Shown: piece by piece, positions 18,994 to 27,373 of the stretch
How the letters are laid out: the number at the start of each line of letters is the position of its first letter
Position numbering within the stretch: the first letter of the stretch is position 1
Assembly: GCA_044221725.1 (NCBI GenBank)
Contig: JBGAON010000004.1
Location: 1 to 64,000 of the forward strand
Length of the DNA stretch: 64,000 nt
Reading direction: 5' to 3'
Source of the DNA: Elusimicrobiota bacterium
Lineage (GTDB): Bacteria > Elusimicrobiota > Elusimicrobia > F11
Notes under the pieces: generated by a model
Told to the model about the DNA's origin: nothing
What the model saw: the letters and a program-made list of their open reading frames with translations, nothing else
The model's database searches: none
Program-made: the position numbers and the translations under genes

Positions 18994-19251
18994 TTATAGA
19001 AGTGTTTGAATTTCTTTCCAGTTTTCAACCACATAAGCGACATCCGCGCGATTGAACCCCTTCGCCTTGCCCATGCGTTCTTGACCGTCTTTCGTCGTGT
19101 ACGTGTTTCGTTTCTCGAGCAACGCGCCCGTGTCTTTGCCGTTGACGATCCAGCGTACGACGCGCAGTTGATTGGAGCCGAAGCCACCGGCCTCCGTGGA
19201 CATCAAAACTTTCACGACTTTGCATTCAATATTCTTTTCTTCCATTGGCAT
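18994..19251 (-). CDS. Small PC4/YdbC-like putative ssDNA-binding protein
   Basis: SD AAGGAG; LRVVRW...LEKR...MGKAKGF...W pattern reminiscent of the PC4 fold. Confidence 0.5.
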   Translation of the reverse strand: MPMEEKNIECKVVKVLMSTEAGGFGSNQLRVVRWIVNGKDTGALLEKRNTYTTKDGQERMGKAKGFNRADVAYVVENWKEIQTLL

Positions 19252-19265
19252 TTTGTTCTCCTTGA

Positions 19266-19565
19266 TTAACTTCTTCCGCAAATTAACTTTTCTTTGCTCT
19301 TCTTCGATAACCGCTTGATCGCTGCTTCTTTTACGAGCGCTTCCGAGCGCGTGAGATCTGTTTCGCGGTAAACAAGCTCAATGGGCGCGTATATCCGGGT
19401 GTAAGCGGCCCCTTTACCGGATTTGTGTTGCGCGAACCGCGCGTCAACATCCTTCGCAACGCCCGTGTACAAAGATCCGTTTTCGCAACGCAGTACATAA
19501 ACCGCCCATTCGCGCGGACCCGAGGAATCCATTCTCTGGATCATCCGCAGATATTTCGGTTTCAT
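19266..19565 (-). CDS. GIY-YIG nuclease (UPF0213/YhbQ-like)
   Basis: VYVLRCENGSLYTG, HKSGKGAAYTR, RSEALVKEAAIK. Confidence 0.9.
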   Translation of the reverse strand: MKPKYLRMIQRMDSSGPREWAVYVLRCENGSLYTGVAKDVDARFAQHKSGKGAAYTRIYAPIELVYRETDLTRSEALVKEAAIKRLSKKSKEKLICGRS

Positions 19566-19637
19566 ACGTGCCCGGTTCTACCAAAATGCGGACAATCGGA
19601 CTTACATCCTCGTTCGCTCTGCTGTACAATAGACGCC

Positions 19638-20219
19638 ATGGACATTTACAGAGAAGCCATCGACAAGTTTGGCGAAATTTACGAGCGCGCAAAGAAAAGC
19701 GAGCCCGCGAACCCAAATGCCATGGTGCTTGCGACCGCCGATGCCGAAGGGCGGCCAACCGCGCGCACAGTTCTGCTAAAAAGTTTTGATACCCATGGTT
19801 TCGTTTTTTTTACGAACCACGAGAGCCGCAAAGCGCATCAGCTGGCCGGCAATCCGCGCGCGGCGCTGAACTTCTATTGGAAATCATTGGACGAACAAAT
19901 TTCGGTGGAGGGAAGCGTGTCGCCGGTGTCACACGATGAAGCGGAGGCATATTGGGAAACGCGCCCCCGCGAAAGCCAAATCGGAGCGTGGGCCTCTCTG
20001 CAATCCCGGGTGCTCGACCAATGGAAAACGCTCGAGCAGCGCGTGCAGGAATTCAACAACAAGTACCGCGATGCGGTGCCACGGCCCAATTGGTGGTCCG
20101 GGTTCCGCGTGAAGCCGAACCGTATCGAATTTTGGAAAGCCGGCGCGCATCGGTTGCATCAACGCACGCTTTACGAAAATGTTGGGAAAGGCTGGGAAAA
20201 GCATCTGCTTTTCCCGTAA
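19638..20219 (+). CDS. pdxH: Pyridoxamine 5'-phosphate oxidase
   Basis: RTVLLK, FFTNHESRK, RPRESQIGAWAS, EFW...RLH. Confidence 0.95.
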   Translation: MDIYREAIDKFGEIYERAKKSEPANPNAMVLATADAEGRPTARTVLLKSFDTHGFVFFTNHESRKAHQLAGNPRAALNFYWKSLDEQISVEGSVSPVSHDEAEAYWETRPRESQIGAWASLQSRVLDQWKTLEQRVQEFNNKYRDAVPRPNWWSGFRVKPNRIEFWKAGAHRLHQRTLYENVGKGWEKHLLFP

Positions 20220-20230
20220 GCGAGAGGCGT

Positions 20231-20926
20231 TTAAGCTTTATTCTGAACAACCGGTTCTTTCTCGGGCTCTGCCGTGTTGCCGCCCGACGATTTGCACGCC
20301 ACGGTTTTTTCTTTGCGTGCCGCCAAATATTCTTTAACAATCGGCAAGAACGACAGCACGATCACCACCAGCGCCACGTAGTGGATATTTTTGTCGATGT
20401 TCGGAATCGAACGTCCAAGGAAATAGCCAATCGATGTCATGCTGAGCACCCAGCCAAGCCCTCCGAGTACGTTGTAGGTTAAAAACTTTTTGTAATTCAT
20501 TTGCGCAACACCGGCGACCGTGGGAGCGAACGTGCGCACAATCGGAACGAAACGGGCCAACACAATCGTTTTTGATCCGTACTTCTCGTAGAACGCCTTC
20601 GTTCGTAAAATATGACTCTTCTTAAAAAACAACGAATCCTCTTTGTTGAAAAGCCGCGGGCCGACGTGATAACCGATCCAATAGCCGACCGTGTCTCCAA
20701 TGATGGCAGCCGCGATGAGCAACAAGTTGAGCACCCAAATATTGAGTGTGTTTTCGAGCGCGCACACGAGCCCCGCCGTCACCAGAAGCGAGTCGCCCGG
20801 AAGGAAAAAGCCGACGAGCAGACCGGTCTCGGCAAAAACAATCAACGCAAGACCGATGTACCCGCCCGTGCGGATGATTTCCTGAAAATTTGTGAGATGC
20901 GCCAAAAGCTGGTGAATACTGTCCAT
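20231..20926 (-). CDS. DedA/VTT-domain membrane protein
   Basis: FAETGLLVGFFLPGDSLL, ARFVPIVRTF. Confidence 0.93.
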   Translation of the reverse strand: MDSIHQLLAHLTNFQEIIRTGGYIGLALIVFAETGLLVGFFLPGDSLLVTAGLVCALENTLNIWVLNLLLIAAAIIGDTVGYWIGYHVGPRLFNKEDSLFFKKSHILRTKAFYEKYGSKTIVLARFVPIVRTFAPTVAGVAQMNYKKFLTYNVLGGLGWVLSMTSIGYFLGRSIPNIDKNIHYVALVVIVLSFLPIVKEYLAARKEKTVACKSSGGNTAEPEKEPVVQNKA

Positions 20927-21011
20927 TTTTTCTCCTGTGCCACGCAATTTCGAACCGGCAGCATTGTGCAACAAACACCTGTCGAAGAAAAGTATTAATA
21001 TGCGCGACCTT

Positions 21012-22832
21012 ATGACAACCTCCCGACGACAAGACGTACGAAACATAGCAATCATCGCGCATGTCGACCACGGAAAAACCACGCTGGTGGATTCCATGCT
21101 CAAGCAAACCGGTGAATTCAAAGTAAAAGCCGACGAAGCGCAAGAAACCGTCATGGATTCCAACGATCTCGAGCGCGAGCGGGGCATCACGATCCTCGCG
21201 AAAAACACGTCGGTTCCCTATCAAGGCCACACGATCAACATCGTTGACACGCCCGGCCACGCCGATTTTGGCAGCGAAGTGGAGCGCACGCTCAAAATGG
21301 TGGACGGCGTGCTGCTGCTGGTCGACGCGTTCGACGGCCCGATGCCACAAACCCGTTTTGTATTGAAGAAGGCGCTGGAGTTGGGGCTGAACCCTATTGT
21401 CGTCGTCAACAAAGTTGACCGCCCTGGCGCTCGTCCGCACGAGGCGCTTGATAAAACGTTTGCGCTGTTCGTTGATTTGGGCGCGACCGACCCCCAACTT
21501 GATTTTCCAACCGTCTATGCATCCGGCCGCGACGGCTGGGCGTCGCTCGATCTGGATCATAAGTCGTCCGATTTGAAGCCGTTGTTCGAGACGATTATCA
21601 AGCATGTGCCCGGCCCCACCGCCGATCAGAACAAACCGCTCCAAATGTTGGTCACCATTCTCGGCCACGACAATTTTGTCGGACGTATTGCCATTGGCCG
21701 CATTTTCGCAGGCCGCGTACAAAAAAATCAGCAAGTAACGCTGATCAATCGTAGCGGTGGTCAGTCAAAGTTCCGAATTACAAAAATTTTGCGGTACTTC
21801 GGTCTCACGCAACGGGAGATGGAGACCGCCGAAGCGGGGGATATCGTGGCCGTTGCCGGCGTCGAAGACGCGAACGTTGGTGACACCATCGCGGCGGTTG
21901 AAAACCCGCAAGCGCTCACCCCGATGTCTATCGATGAGCCAACGCTCGTCATGGAATTCATGGTGAACGACAGCCCGTTTGCGGGCCAAGACGGCGAATT
22001 TTTAACCACGCGCCATTTGCGCGACCGGCTTCTGCACGAACAAGAAATCAATGTCGGATTGCGAATTGAAGAGATCGCGAACTCGAGCAGCTTCCGGGTG
22101 TCCGGGCGCGGCGAACTCCATTTGTCGATTTTGATTGAAACCATGCGCCGCGAGGGGTACGAACTGGCCGTTTCAAAACCCGAGGTGATCGACAAAATGG
22201 TGGACGGCGTGAAGATGGAACCGGCCGAATTTCTCGTGTTGGATGTGGCCGACACCTATCAGGGTGCTTCGCTCGAGTGTTTGGGTTCACGCGGTGCAGA
22301 ATTGAAGAACATGCAGCTCGAGGGGAATCGGTTGCGACTCGAGTACATTATTACAGCGAGGGCGCTCATCGGTTTCAAATCCGAATTTTTGACGCTCACG
22401 CGCGGCAGCGGGCTTATGCATCATAGTTTTCATGGTTATATTCCGAAAACCAAAGGCGAACGCAATCGACTGCGCGGGGTTTTGATTGCGCAGGAGGCCG
22501 GTATCACCACCGGCTACGCGCTCGAGAGCACACAGGAACGCGGCCAGCTTTTTATTGGACCCAACACACCGGTTTACGCGGGCATGATTATCGGCGAGAG
22601 TTCGCGCGACACCACGCTTATCGTAAATCCATGCAAAAAGAAAGCACTCACCAATATGCGGGCGTCCGGAAGCGACGACGCCATCATTCTCACACCCCAC
22701 AAACAATTGACGCTGGAACAAGCGATTGAATTCATTGAGACCGATGAACTTGTCGAGGTCACGCCGAAAAATATCCGGCTCCGCAAAAAGATTCTTGACC
22801 ATACCGCGCGAAAGCGCACCGAGAAACAATAA
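21012..22832 (+). CDS. typA: Translational GTPase TypA/BipA
   Basis: [44 protein letters not shown]. Confidence 0.97.
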   Translation: MTTSRRQDVRNIAIIAHVDHGKTTLVDSMLKQTGEFKVKADEAQETVMDSNDLERERGITILAKNTSVPYQGHTINIVDTPGHADFGSEVERTLKMVDGVLLLVDAFDGPMPQTRFVLKKALELGLNPIVVVNKVDRPGARPHEALDKTFALFVDLGATDPQLDFPTVYASGRDGWASLDLDHKSSDLKPLFETIIKHVPGPTADQNKPLQMLVTILGHDNFVGRIAIGRIFAGRVQKNQQVTLINRSGGQSKFRITKILRYFGLTQREMETAEAGDIVAVAGVEDANVGDTIAAVENPQALTPMSIDEPTLVMEFMVNDSPFAGQDGEFLTTRHLRDRLLHEQEINVGLRIEEIANSSSFRVSGRGELHLSILIETMRREGYELAVSKPEVIDKMVDGVKMEPAEFLVLDVADTYQGASLECLGSRGAELKNMQLEGNRLRLEYIITARALIGFKSEFLTLTRGSGLMHHSFHGYIPKTKGERNRLRGVLIAQEAGITTGYALESTQERGQLFIGPNTPVYAGMIIGESSRDTTLIVNPCKKKALTNMRASGSDDAIILTPHKQLTLEQAIEFIETDELVEVTPKNIRLRKKILDHTARKRTEKQ

Positions 22833-22912
22833 GAAAAGTCCGATTGCGTCATTCCCGACGGATTGTTAGATTTCGCGCTCAACTTTCACCACGCTGTGAA
22901 AGAGGAGGGAAA

Positions 22913-24229
22913 ATGAAAAAGATAGCCGTGATGCTATTTGTGTTAGCCGTGCCGCTCGCCGCCTGGGCAGCGGGAAGTACGCCCATTGACTCCGGCGCCG
23001 AAGCATGGATGCTTACGTCGACCGCTCTTGTATTACTGATGGTTCCTGGACTTGCGATGTTCTACGGGGGCCTGGTTCGAACCAAAAATGTTCTCGGAAC
23101 CATGATGCACAGCTTTGCTGCCATGGCCATTATTGGCGTGCTGTGGGTTGTTTGCGGGTACGCGTTTAGTTTTGGCCCGAGCGTTTTTCATGGATTCGTC
23201 GGTTGGAACAAAGATCTTCTTTTCCTGAACGGCTTGGACGATGCCATTATGAGCGTGAACATTCCCGAATATGTGTTTGCAATGTTCCAAGGAAAATTCG
23301 CGATCATCACGCCAGCACTTATTGCGGGCGCTTTCGCGGAACGTGTTCGCTTTCGCGGGTACTGCGCGTTTATCACGCTCTGGAGTCTTTTTGTCTACAA
23401 CCCGCTTTGCCATTGGGTTTGGGCGTCGGACGGGTTTCTCTTCAACATGGGCGCCAGAGGCGCCATCGATTTCGCTGGTGGAACCGTCGTGCACATCTCG
23501 GCCGGCATCAGCGCGCTGGTCCTTGTGTTTTATATCGGCGCGCGTCGCGGCTATCCGCGAACCGCAATGAACCCGAATAATCTCGTCATGACATTGATGG
23601 GCGCGGGGCTTTTGTGGGTGGGTTGGTTTGGATTTAACGCCGGAAGCTCCGTTTCATCGAGCTTGGACACCGCACGCGCGCTGACAATGACGCAAGTCGC
23701 CGCCGCCTCCGGTGCGCTCGCGTGGATGCTGCTCGAAGCCATCGAACACAAAAAAGCGACGAGCTTGGGATTTGTTTCCGGAATGCTCGCAGGACTTGTT
23801 TCAATTACACCGGCCGCTGGCGTTGTAAAAGTTAGTGGTGCGATCGCGCTCGGATTCATTGCCAGCTTCGTTTGTTACCAAGGACTGAAAGTCAAAGCAA
23901 AGCTGGGTTACGACGACAGCTTGGACGTTTTTGGAATCCACGGATTGGCCGGTATCCTCGGCGCTCTCTGCTTGACGTTCTTTATTCGCGACAGCTGGAT
24001 GGCGGAGGCTGCCGCCAAAGTGGGCGGAAGCTGGACGATGTTGGACCAACTTCGTGTCCAAGCAACGGCGGTTGGTATCACCGTCGTATACTGCGCGGTG
24101 CTCACGTACGTTCTCATATTAATCGTCGATAAAACGCTTGGCTTCCGAACCAACGATGAACACGAAATGGCTGGCTTGGATCACAGTTTGCATGGTGAGC
24201 ATGGTTACGGCCTCATCAACCCTAATTAA
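22913..24229 (+). CDS. amtB: Ammonium transporter
   Basis: DFAGGTVVH, GWFGFNAGS, DDSLDVFGIHG; signal peptide; SD AGGAGG. Confidence 0.96.
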   Translation: MKKIAVMLFVLAVPLAAWAAGSTPIDSGAEAWMLTSTALVLLMVPGLAMFYGGLVRTKNVLGTMMHSFAAMAIIGVLWVVCGYAFSFGPSVFHGFVGWNKDLLFLNGLDDAIMSVNIPEYVFAMFQGKFAIITPALIAGAFAERVRFRGYCAFITLWSLFVYNPLCHWVWASDGFLFNMGARGAIDFAGGTVVHISAGISALVLVFYIGARRGYPRTAMNPNNLVMTLMGAGLLWVGWFGFNAGSSVSSSLDTARALTMTQVAAASGALAWMLLEAIEHKKATSLGFVSGMLAGLVSITPAAGVVKVSGAIALGFIASFVCYQGLKVKAKLGYDDSLDVFGIHGLAGILGALCLTFFIRDSWMAEAAAKVGGSWTMLDQLRVQATAVGITVVYCAVLTYVLILIVDKTLGFRTNDEHEMAGLDHSLHGEHGYGLINPN

Positions 24230-24244
24230 TAGGAGGACGAATCC

Positions 24245-24586
24245 ATGAAACTTATTACTGCGATTATTCAACCGGATCGATTGGATTCTGTTCGCGAAGC
24301 GCTTATCGCCGCGGAGATCACGCGCATCACGGTCAGCCGTGTGTCGGGCCATGGTCGTGGAACCGATGAGGAACTTTATCGCGGCCAAGTGGTCGTGCCC
24401 AATCTTATTCCCAAAGTCCGCCTCGACATTGCCTGCAACGACGAGTTTGTTGATATCGCGTGCAACGCGATCATCAAAGCGGCGAAGCACGGCGATGGCA
24501 AAATTGGCGACGGCAAGATTTTTGTGACGCCACTCGAAAAATGCATTCGCATTCGTACCGAAGAACAAGGCGCAAAAGCAATCTGA
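24245..24586 (+). CDS. glnK: P-II nitrogen regulatory protein
   Basis: MKLITAIIQP, YRG, GKIGDGKIFV, RIRT; adjacent to amtB. Confidence 0.92.
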   Translation: MKLITAIIQPDRLDSVREALIAAEITRITVSRVSGHGRGTDEELYRGQVVVPNLIPKVRLDIACNDEFVDIACNAIIKAAKHGDGKIGDGKIFVTPLEKCIRIRTEEQGAKAI

Positions 24587-24596
24587 TTTGAATAAT

Positions 24597-24655
24597 CATC
24601 ACGGTCATGGACACCCTCGCAAAAGCGGGGTTATAATTGGTCCATGACCGTGATG
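24597..24655. promoter_or_regulatory. Sigma-70-type promoter enclosed by a perfect 16-bp inverted repeat
   Basis: CATCACGGTCATGGAC (24597-24612) / GTCCATGACCGTGATG (24640-24655); TGGACA-18 nt-TATAAT; inner dyad ACCCTCGC-AAAA-GCGGGGT. Confidence 0.75.
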
Positions 24656-25030
24656 CGCCGTTTGTTCATCGGATTGTTTTTGGTTTCCACCGCCGTGGGA
24701 TTCCACGGATCGGCAGCGTTTGCTTCTTGCCCGATGGTTCAGGCGCCCCGTTGCTGCTGCGAAAATTCCGCAGCGATAAAATCAGATTGCTGTCCGGTTC
24801 AAAAAGCAGCGAACTGCCCAACCCTTAAGAAAACGGAGCCCGTTTCGGCCGCCGTTCTGCCTCGTGAAACTCAGGTTTCTCCGGTCGTCATGGTCACTTC
24901 CATCGCAAACTCTGCAGAAAAGCCGTTTTTTCATTTCGATCGAGCATTCATGCCGCACGGTCTATCGCCACCGTCACCGCTGGCTTTTCGCCCCACCTCG
25001 CTTCGCGCTCCTCCCGCCGTTCTCGCCTAG
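24644..25030 (+). CDS. Cys-rich exported protein with a C-terminal RAPP motif (candidate regulatory uORF)
   Basis: Signal peptide ending AFA-S; C, CCC, CC, C cluster; ends LRAPPAVLA. Confidence 0.7.
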   Translation: MTVMRRLFIGLFLVSTAVGFHGSAAFASCPMVQAPRCCCENSAAIKSDCCPVQKAANCPTLKKTEPVSAAVLPRETQVSPVVMVTSIANSAEKPFFHFDRAFMPHGLSPPSPLAFRPTSLRAPPAVLA

Positions 25031-25104
25031 ACGACGTCTGTCGTCCAAAGCCTAAACCAGTCTTCGTTTAACCCCAAGTTCCTATTTTTTCTGGAGAGCC
25101 TTTC

Positions 25105-26385
25105 ATGAAGCGTTTTTCTGTCGCCCTATTATTAGTGATATGCGGCCCTTTTATTTCGAGGGCCCAAGAACAGTTGTCCGTGCCGGATTTGTTGAAGCGC
25201 GCGCAAGCACAAAATCCCGATATTCAAGCGGCCTATCAAAAATGGAAAGTCGCCGAACAAGACGCCGGCGTGGCGGGCGTGTGGCCCAATCCCAAATTTA
25301 CTTACATCGATGAAAAGGATCCGATGGGTCAACAGGGCGTGCAGCCGCTCGCGCGCCACCATCTGAGCGCCGAACAGGACATTCCTTTCCCAGGAAAACT
25401 GTCGACGGACGCGCGCATGAAACACCACGAAGCACGAATTGCGGAAGCCGCGTACCGCGATATTCAACTCGATGTGTTCGGAAAAGTGAAAGTGGCCGCC
25501 GCAAAACTTGGAAGCCTCACGCGACTTATCGATCTGTCGAAGCAAAACGTGTCAGCGATGAAACAGACGGTGGGAACCGCACAATCGCGTTTGGCGGCGA
25601 ACAAAGGAATGGCCACGGATGTGTTCATGGCGCAGATGGAATTGCAGCGAATGGAAAACATGGTGTTTGAAAAGCAACAAGAGAGGCGCCAAATCGAACT
25701 CGAATTGAACGCGCTCGTTAACGAAAACATCGAGAACAGTTGGGCCGACGTGAGCCGCGCCAATTATCTAAACGATCTTCCGTTATCCTTGACCGAACTA
25801 TTAAAGGTCGCTGAAAAAAACAATCCGCACATTCAGTCCGCGCACCACGAGGTGAACCACAGCCAAGCCATGTTGCGCCGCAGCCGACTCGAATTCGCAC
25901 CGGATTTCGGACTCATGTACGAATATCAAACGGCCGGCGACGGCATTCAAGGTGTCGGCGAGTCGGGCCGGCAATTGGGACTTTCGCTGAGCGTGCCTTT
26001 ATGGCTCGCGCGCCCATACCGAATGGCAAAAAGCGCCCGGTTTCACATTGAAGAAGCCCAAGCCATGCAAACATCGATGGGCATCATGGTTCATAAGATG
26101 GTCGCTAGCGAATACACCGAAGTGGTCACGCATCTCACGCTCGCGCGCAAATACGATGCGCACATTCTTCCGGCGGCCAAAGCCGCGCTAAACACATCGC
26201 GCGAACAATACGCGGCCGGTCGCGGCGACTTCTTGCGTTTGCTGGAAGCCAATCGCGCCTGGATCAACGTGAACGAAGAGCACGAAAGTCAGATTTATCA
26301 CACGGCCGAACATTGGACCGAACTTGAAAGATGGGTGGGCACGAGCATCGAGGCGGCCGCCGAGGAGAAAAGAAATGAAAAGTAA
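25105..26385 (+). CDS. TolC-family outer-membrane efflux protein (CusC/CzcC-like)
   Basis: QNPDIQAA, QDIPFPGKL, SVPLW, YAAGRGDF; first structural gene of the RND operon. Confidence 0.88.
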   Translation: MKRFSVALLLVICGPFISRAQEQLSVPDLLKRAQAQNPDIQAAYQKWKVAEQDAGVAGVWPNPKFTYIDEKDPMGQQGVQPLARHHLSAEQDIPFPGKLSTDARMKHHEARIAEAAYRDIQLDVFGKVKVAAAKLGSLTRLIDLSKQNVSAMKQTVGTAQSRLAANKGMATDVFMAQMELQRMENMVFEKQQERRQIELELNALVNENIENSWADVSRANYLNDLPLSLTELLKVAEKNNPHIQSAHHEVNHSQAMLRRSRLEFAPDFGLMYEYQTAGDGIQGVGESGRQLGLSLSVPLWLARPYRMAKSARFHIEEAQAMQTSMGIMVHKMVASEYTEVVTHLTLARKYDAHILPAAKAALNTSREQYAAGRGDFLRLLEANRAWINVNEEHESQIYHTAEHWTELERWVGTSIEAAAEEKRNEK

Positions 26386-27373
26386 AAACACGACGGTGTT
26401 CGCAACGTTGTTACTCGCGGCAACGTTGCCTTTCGCTTTCAACGCGTGCAAAAAACACGACCACGCGTCCGAAGCCACCGTGGCAAGACAGGCCAAATAT
26501 CATTGCCCCATGCATCCAACCTACACGTCCGACAAACCGGGCGAATGCCCAATATGCGGAATGCGCTTGGTTCCGATCGATGCGCCAGCAAGCGAATCAA
26601 CCGTTCCCGGCCAAGCAACTGTGCAGGTGAATCCAGAGAGACAACAGTTGATTGGCGTGCAAGTGGAACCGGTCGAGATTCACGAATTAACCGGCGCGAT
26701 TCGCGCATCCGCGCGTGTTGCGTACGATCCCGATCTCTACAACGCGATTTACGAGCATCAACAAGTGCTCGCGACAAATCCATCGCCAGCGCTCATTCGC
26801 TCCTCCGAATTGCGACTGCGCCAAATGGGATTGTCGCCCGCTCAAATTAAAGAGGTGTCTCGCGCTGGATACGACCCCTCCAACTTGTTGCTTTCAAAAT
26901 CGGGCGACCGCGTGTGGGTTTATATCGACATCTATGATTTCGAGGCTCCGTCGGTGAAAGCGGGGCAGAAGGTGGATCTTACATCGTCCGCGTTGCCGGG
27001 AAAGGTTTACCCGGCGACGATCCGTTCGGTGGACACCGTTATCAACAGCGAAACACGCACGCTGCGGGCACGCGCCGACGCTTTAAACGCGGACGGCGGG
27101 CTTCGACCAGAAATGTATCTGAACGCCGTCGTGCACGTGCCAACCGGAAAAGCGTTGGCGGTTCCTGAAACGGCGGTCATCGATACGGGCACAAGGCAAT
27201 TGGTGTACGTTGAAAAGGCGCCGGGGGAATTCGAGCCGCGCGCGGTCGTCGTCGGAAAAAAAGCCGAAGGCTTTTATGAAGTCGTCTCCGGCATAAAAGC
27301 CGGCGAGCGCGTTGTGACGTCGGCTAATTTCCTTATCGACTCCGAATCAAAACTCAAAGGAGCGGTGAAGTGA
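26375..27373 (+). CDS. cusB: Heavy-metal RND periplasmic adaptor with a CPMHP metal-binding domain
   Basis: YHCPMHP...PGECPICGMRL, LRPEMY, ANFLIDSES. Confidence 0.88.
   Translation: MKSKNTTVFATLLLAATLPFAFNACKKHDHASEATVARQAKYHCPMHPTYTSDKPGECPICGMRLVPIDAPASESTVPGQATVQVNPERQQLIGVQVEPVEIHELTGAIRASARVAYDPDLYNAIYEHQQVLATNPSPALIRSSELRLRQMGLSPAQIKEVSRAGYDPSNLLLSKSGDRVWVYIDIYDFEAPSVKAGQKVDLTSSALPGKVYPATIRSVDTVINSETRTLRARADALNADGGLRPEMYLNAVVHVPTGKALAVPETAVIDTGTRQLVYVEKAPGEFEPRAVVVGKKAEGFYEVVSGIKAGERVVTSANFLIDSESKLKGAVK

Noticed and set aside
19266..19565. GIY-YIG gene as the mobiliser of the REP-like repeats
   Set aside because: It looks like the ordinary UPF0213 type and is not flanked by repeats on both sides; proximity alone is weak.
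22848..22859. GTCATTCCCGAC, resembling a REP start
   Set aside because: No complementary arm follows.
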